A stretch of DNA of 64,000 nucleotides. Source: an uncultured Clostridia bacterium (GTDB lineage: Bacteria > Bacillota > Clostridia > TANB77 > CAG-508). Below, in pieces: positions 60,053 to 64,000 of the stretch. The first letter of the stretch is position 1, and each line of letters starts with the position of its first letter. The notes under the pieces were generated by a model, which saw only the letters and a list, made by a program, of their open reading frames with translations, searched no databases and had not been told where the DNA came from. Made by a program: the position numbers and the translations under genes. The stretch spans positions 15,577-79,576 of the forward strand of contig CAKPJC010000001.1 of assembly GCA_934162535.1 (NCBI GenBank), written 5' to 3'.

Positions 60053-60514
60053 ATGACAAAAACAATTATTAGAGAAGCAATTATAGCACTTTTAGTATGT
60101 TTAGCAGTACTATTAATATTAAGTGTAGCGTTATATAACTACATTCCTACAAACAAGGTCGTACCTGAAACTGTTGAATATTCACCAACAAAAGAGATAC
60201 AATCACAATTAAATTCAGCAGTTGACGATAACTCAAGTGAGATATTAATGACATATGAAATAACAGCACAAGACCTTGATAATTTTGAAAGGACAAATCA
60301 ATACAATCCAGGAAAAGCAAATCCATTTGCACCAGAAAAACAAGAAGAAAATAACAACAATGGAAACAGTAGTAATGGAAATAGCAATTCTGGAAATTCA
60401 AATAATTCTGGAAGTACAGGAAATAACAGCAGTGGAAGTACTAGAGGAACACCTGTAACACCAGCAAATGGTAGTTCAGAGGGCAAACTATTTGAAGGAG
60501 GATCTTCCAAATAA
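60053..60514 (+). CDS. membrane-anchored pilus-associated protein with an Asn/Ser/Gly-rich C-terminal tail
   Basis: N-terminal TM followed by a short domain and a low-complexity tail (NNNNGNSSNGNSNSGNSNNSGSTGNNSSG). Confidence 0.5.
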   Translation: MTKTIIREAIIALLVCLAVLLILSVALYNYIPTNKVVPETVEYSPTKEIQSQLNSAVDDNSSEILMTYEITAQDLDNFERTNQYNPGKANPFAPEKQEENNNNGNSSNGNSNSGNSNNSGSTGNNSSGSTRGTPVTPANGSSEGKLFEGGSSK

Positions 60515-60684
60515 ATAGGGGTATATTTATAATAAAATAAATATATACAAATACTTAAGAAAAAAGGGGGGAATACTTCTAAAAGAGAAAAAAGTAGAAA
60601 TACTTTATAAGATTAGTTATTAAAATTTTAAAATACAAAATCTGCAAAAGCAGAAAAAGAAAAGAGAAAAGGAGAGATTTTATT

Positions 60685-61230
60685 ATGAGAAACCAAAAAG
60701 GTATCACATTAGTAGCTTTAGTAGTTACAATAGTAGTTTTATTAATTTTAGCAGGAACATCAATTGCAATGTTAAAAGGAGATAATGGTATAGTAACAAA
60801 TGCTCAAAAAGCAACAGTATCAAATAAAGAAGGACAAGTTGTAGAAAATATAAAAAATGCATATAACACAGTAAAAACAAAAGTTATAGTTGGAGCATCA
60901 ACAAATCCTAATTATGATGCACAAGCTGCTGCAACAGAACAAGAAATTGCAAATACAATTGCTACAGAAATATTAGGTGAAGAAACAACGCTAACAGCAG
61001 GAACAGCAAAAGACAAAGATGGATATAAAATAACATATAATGCAACAGCAGGTTCAACAGCAGGTTCAACAGCAGGAACAATAGTTATTGAATATGGAGA
61101 TTCAACTTTTAAAAATGGTGTAACATTTGCTGGAAAACAAATGGGTACAATACAAGCAACAATAACAATTGAAAAAGCTAATGCTTCATTAAGTTGGACA
61201 GGGGGTCCATATTTCATAAATAATAGATAA
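60685..61230 (+). CDS. type IV (pseudo)pilin-like protein with a class III-type signal (MRNQKG|ITLVALVVTIVVLLILAG...) lacking Glu+5
   Basis: KG followed by the hydrophobic ITLVA..., a 181-aa size, a strong GGAG SD and a very stable terminator. Position +5 is Ala instead of the canonical Glu. Confidence 0.55.
   Translation: MRNQKGITLVALVVTIVVLLILAGTSIAMLKGDNGIVTNAQKATVSNKEGQVVENIKNAYNTVKTKVIVGASTNPNYDAQAAATEQEIANTIATEILGEETTLTAGTAKDKDGYKITYNATAGSTAGSTAGTIVIEYGDSTFKNGVTFAGKQMGTIQATITIEKANASLSWTGGPYFINNR
61046..61078 (+). repeat. in-frame 12-bp tandem repeat (ACAGCAGGTTCA x2.75) encoding (AGST)n within the pilin-like gene
   Basis: Two perfect copies at 61046-61057 and 61058-61069, plus a partial copy at 61070-61078. 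Confidence 0.8.
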
Positions 61231-61257
61231 GATACAGATATTAATAAAAACTACACA

Positions 61258-61285
61258 ACAGGCATATACAAAAGTATATGCCTGT
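61258..61285 (+). terminator. strong hairpin terminator after the pilin-like gene (ACAGGCATATAC-AAAA-GTATATGCCTGT)
   Basis: Perfect 12-bp stem with a 4-nt loop; there is no long T-run, so termination may be partial. Confidence 0.5.
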
Positions 61286-61318
61286 ACTAATATAAAAACA
61301 CAAAAGAAAGGCAAGGAA

Positions 61319-62125
61319 ATGAACACATATTTTTATATAATATTATTTATAATGGGAACACTATTTGGAAGTTTTTACACATTAGCAATGTACAGAATAC
61401 CAAGAAATATAGATATAATAAAAAAACATTCTTATTGTCCTAATTGTAATCACAAATTAGGCTTCTTTGAACTGATACCGGTACTAAGTTATATATTTCT
61501 AGGAGGAAAATGCAAAGAATGTAAACAAAAAATAAGAATAAGATACTTATTACTAGAAATACTTGGGGGAATATCATTTGTAGTATTAGCAATAGCACTA
61601 AAAATAAATATATATACAATAAACATTCCAATAGCAATAATATATGGGATAACAATATTATATATTACTGCAATAATACTTATAGCCGGAATAGATAAAG
61701 AATATAGAAAAATAGATAAAAGAGTACTTGCATATGGAATAATCATATCACTAATATATATGATATATCTATATACAGTAGGAGAAACTAGTATATATAG
61801 ATATGCTATATATCTAGCAATATATATAATTTTATTATGTATAGATGCATTTTTACTAAGGAAAAAAGCAGAAGATAGCTACACAATAGATATATTGTTT
61901 TTTCTAACAATAATACTTATAGTAACAGACTTCAAAATATTTATTATGACTGTAATTATGACAATAATGGCAATAGCAATATATATGTTAATAAGAAGAA
62001 TTGAACTTAAGAAAAAAGGAAATATAAAACCAAAACTAAAAGAAGTACCAATAGGTTTCTATATAGGAGTTAGCAACATTGTAGTACTATTTGGTATGAC
62101 GATATTAACGAATTATATGATTTGA
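61319..62125 (+). CDS. pilD: prepilin peptidase (A24 family, PilD/ComC-like) with an N-terminal zinc-binding CxxC...CxxC motif
   Basis: CPNCNHKL...CKECKQKI tetra-Cys, a polytopic membrane domain and a catalytic Asp context (IAGIDKEY). Confidence 0.85.
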   Translation: MNTYFYIILFIMGTLFGSFYTLAMYRIPRNIDIIKKHSYCPNCNHKLGFFELIPVLSYIFLGGKCKECKQKIRIRYLLLEILGGISFVVLAIALKINIYTINIPIAIIYGITILYITAIILIAGIDKEYRKIDKRVLAYGIIISLIYMIYLYTVGETSIYRYAIYLAIYIILLCIDAFLLRKKAEDSYTIDILFFLTIILIVTDFKIFIMTVIMTIMAIAIYMLIRRIELKKKGNIKPKLKEVPIGFYIGVSNIVVLFGMTILTNYMI

Positions 62126-62145
62126 AGCAAACAAGGGGGCTAACA

Positions 62146-62574
62146 ATGAAATCAGAGAAAGGTGTAACATTAACATCAGTAATGGTATATATAATAGCAC
62201 TAACAGTTGTAGTTATAACAGTGGGAAGGATTATGACATATTTTTATAAAAACGTAAACAATGTAACAGAAGATACAAACTCAAGTGGTGCGTATATAAG
62301 TTTCAATAGCTATTTTACAGAAGAAATAAATATTGAAGGAAATGATGTTGAAGAATGTGCTACAGATTCAACAACAGGAGAAAGCTATATTATATTTAGT
62401 AAAACAGGAAATCAATACACATATAAAGATAAAAACATATATAAAGAAAAAGTAAAAATAGCCAAAAATATTAATGAGTGTGAAATTTCCTATAATGAAA
62501 CAACAAAAGTAATTCAAGTAAATATGAAAATAAAAGGAAAAACATACAGCAATTACTATACAGTAGCAAAATAA
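62146..62574 (+). CDS. second prepilin-like protein (MKSEKG|VTLTSVMVYIIALTVVVITVG...), also lacking Glu+5
   Basis: The AAGGGGG SD lies 5 nt before ATG 62146; the track start at 62122 lacks an SD. KG is followed by a hydrophobic helix. About 142 aa. Confidence 0.5.
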   Translation: MKSEKGVTLTSVMVYIIALTVVVITVGRIMTYFYKNVNNVTEDTNSSGAYISFNSYFTEEINIEGNDVEECATDSTTGESYIIFSKTGNQYTYKDKNIYKEKVKIAKNINECEISYNETTKVIQVNMKIKGKTYSNYYTVAK

Positions 62575-62593
62575 TGTTAAGGAGGAAAAGCAT

Positions 62594-64000
62594 ATGGATA
62601 TGAGAAAACGTCAACCGATAGGAATTGAGCTTGTAAAAAGAGGAATAGTAGATAAAAACGATATAGAAGAGGCATTAAAGGAACAACGCAAAAATCCAAA
62701 TAAAAAACTTGGAGAATTATTATATGAATTAAAAGTATGTGATGCACCAACACTTATTAGTGCGATAGGAGATATAATAGGGGTACCAGGAATTATATTA
62801 TCAGAAGAGCTAATAAGAATAGATGTATTAGAATATATTTCACTTGAAATTGCAAGAAGAAATAAAGCTATACCATTTGCAATAGAAAATGGTAAAATAA
62901 AAGTATGCTTTGCAGATACAACAAATGCAAGAAATATTGAATCAGTAAGATTATTAATGTTAAACAAGGGACTTGTAATAGAACCATATATAACATTTGA
63001 AGGTATAATAACAAATATAGTCACAAGACTTGGAGGAACAGCAGAAAAAGACATGGCAAATATTGGACAAGACAATAATATTACAGAAATTGTAGATTCA
63101 ATAATAAAAACTGCAATGGAAAAAAGAGCAAGCGATATTCATATAGAACCATTAAGAAATGAAGTAAGAGTAAGGTACAGAATAGATGGTGAATTATTTA
63201 CAGCAACATCATTACCAAAAGACAAACAAGCTCAAATAATAGGAAGACTGAAAGCAATATCAAACATGCACCAAGAGAAACAAGAATCACAAGATGGTAG
63301 AATATTAATATATGAAGATTATAATATTCGTGTATCTTCACAAAAAAATGTTTATGGAGAAAAATTTGTTCTAAGACTACTAAAGAAAAATTCAAATATA
63401 AAAAATATATTTGAATTAGGATATCCAGGATCAGAAACACAACTTGAAAAAAGTATAAATAAAAGAAATAGTATAACAGTAATTGCTGCTCCAACTGGAG
63501 AAGGTAAAACAACAACACTATATAGTTTTATAGATTATCTAAACAGACCAGAAATAAATATAACAACAATAGAAGATCCTGTAGAAATACGTATAGATGG
63601 ATTAAATCAAATAGAAATAGATGCAAGAACAAGTTTCTCAGATTCATTAAGAACCGTATTAAGACAAGACCCTGATATAATATTAGTAGGAGAAATAAGA
63701 GACAAAGAAACAGGAGAAATAGCTATACAGGCAGGGCAAACAGGACATTATGTATTATCAACAATCCATACAATAGATGCAGTAGAAGTAATAACAAGAC
63801 TAAGAAAAATGGGATTACTAGACTATGATATAGCAAGTACGCTTGCAACAAGTATATCACAAAGGCTTGTTAGAAAATTATGTCCAAAATGTAGAAAAGA
63901 AAGAGATTTCACAACAGATGAAATAGAAAAAATAAATGCAATAGGAAAAAGATATAATGTACAATTTGACTTAAAAGGCAAAAAAACATATGATGCAATA
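62594..64000 (+). CDS. pilB: type IV pilus assembly ATPase PilB (GspE family), 3' partial at the window edge
   Basis: Not in the ORF track because it runs off the window. SD GGAGGAAAAG before ATG 62594. Walker A AAPTGEGKTTTL, DPVE, the His box TGHYVLSTIHT and the tetra-Cys CPKCRK. The frame is open to nt 64000. Confidence 0.88.
   Translation, partial: MDMRKRQPIGIELVKRGIVDKNDIEEALKEQRKNPNKKLGELLYELKVCDAPTLISAIGDIIGVPGIILSEELIRIDVLEYISLEIARRNKAIPFAIENGKIKVCFADTTNARNIESVRLLMLNKGLVIEPYITFEGIITNIVTRLGGTAEKDMANIGQDNNITEIVDSIIKTAMEKRASDIHIEPLRNEVRVRYRIDGELFTATSLPKDKQAQIIGRLKAISNMHQEKQESQDGRILIYEDYNIRVSSQKNVYGEKFVLRLLKKNSNIKNIFELGYPGSETQLEKSINKRNSITVIAAPTGEGKTTTLYSFIDYLNRPEINITTIEDPVEIRIDGLNQIEIDARTSFSDSLRTVLRQDPDIILVGEIRDKETGEIAIQAGQTGHYVLSTIHTIDAVEVITRLRKMGLLDYDIASTLATSISQRLVRKLCPKCRKERDFTTDEIEKINAIGKRYNVQFDLKGKKTYDAI

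Noticed and set aside
62611-63075. 154-aa minus-strand ORF
   Set aside because: It is antisense to the unambiguous pilB (GspE-family ATPase) frame that runs to the window end.
1-64000. CRISPR arrays, tRNA/rRNA genes, transposases, integrases, phage structural genes
   Set aside because: I looked for regularly spaced direct repeats, GC-rich 70-90-nt cloverleaf-sized segments and recombinase or transposase motifs and found none. The only tandem repeats are the 11-bp promoter array and the 12-bp in-frame pilin repeat.

Overview
The window is an AT-rich, Clostridia-like chromosomal segment from a spore-forming Firmicute. I see standard genetic code, no rRNA or tRNA genes, no CRISPR array and no recognisable transposase or integrase. 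No feature type other than CDS, repeat, promoter or terminator was supportable from the sequence. The backbone is housekeeping: rpe, pgi, an acyl-ACP thioesterase, tig-clpP-clpX, a cmk-like kinase, murD, secA, cinA-C, trmL, recN, rpsO-pnp, tcdA, infC-rpmI-rplT and spoVAC-spoVAD-spoVAE on the minus strand. Three accessory regions stand out. (1) At 1-15.1 kb there is a locus centred on an ER-type signal peptidase SipW. It carries a 5'-partial secreted TasA-like candidate and a 42-aa micro-ORF translationally coupled to a 538-aa Lys/Glu-rich coiled-coil protein. It also carries a divergent 579-aa Pro/Gln-linker protein and a probable operon of a 186-aa membrane protein, a 2537-aa beta-helix-repeat giant protein and a 497-aa membrane-anchored protein. 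This is the best candidate for an undescribed extracellular fibre or matrix system. (2) Three single genes have sharply elevated GC and non-native codon usage: 27522-28298(-), 32188-33708(+, a beta-CASP MBL nuclease-like protein) and 41174-41428(+). Each has its own sigma-A promoter and hairpin terminator and is wedged between native housekeeping genes. (3) From 57.5 kb to the window end there is a type IV pilus cluster: fused pilM/N, a pilO-like gene, a membrane protein, a pilin-like gene, pilD, a second pilin-like gene and a 3'-partial pilB. Both prepilin candidates lack the canonical Glu+5. Other observations: helically phased short repeats in two divergent promoter regions, an in-frame 12-bp microsatellite in a pilin gene, a decayed gene at 38.7-39.6 kb, an infC leader with an ATA start and an L20-type attenuator, and an Asn-rich micro-ORF next to the clpX terminator.
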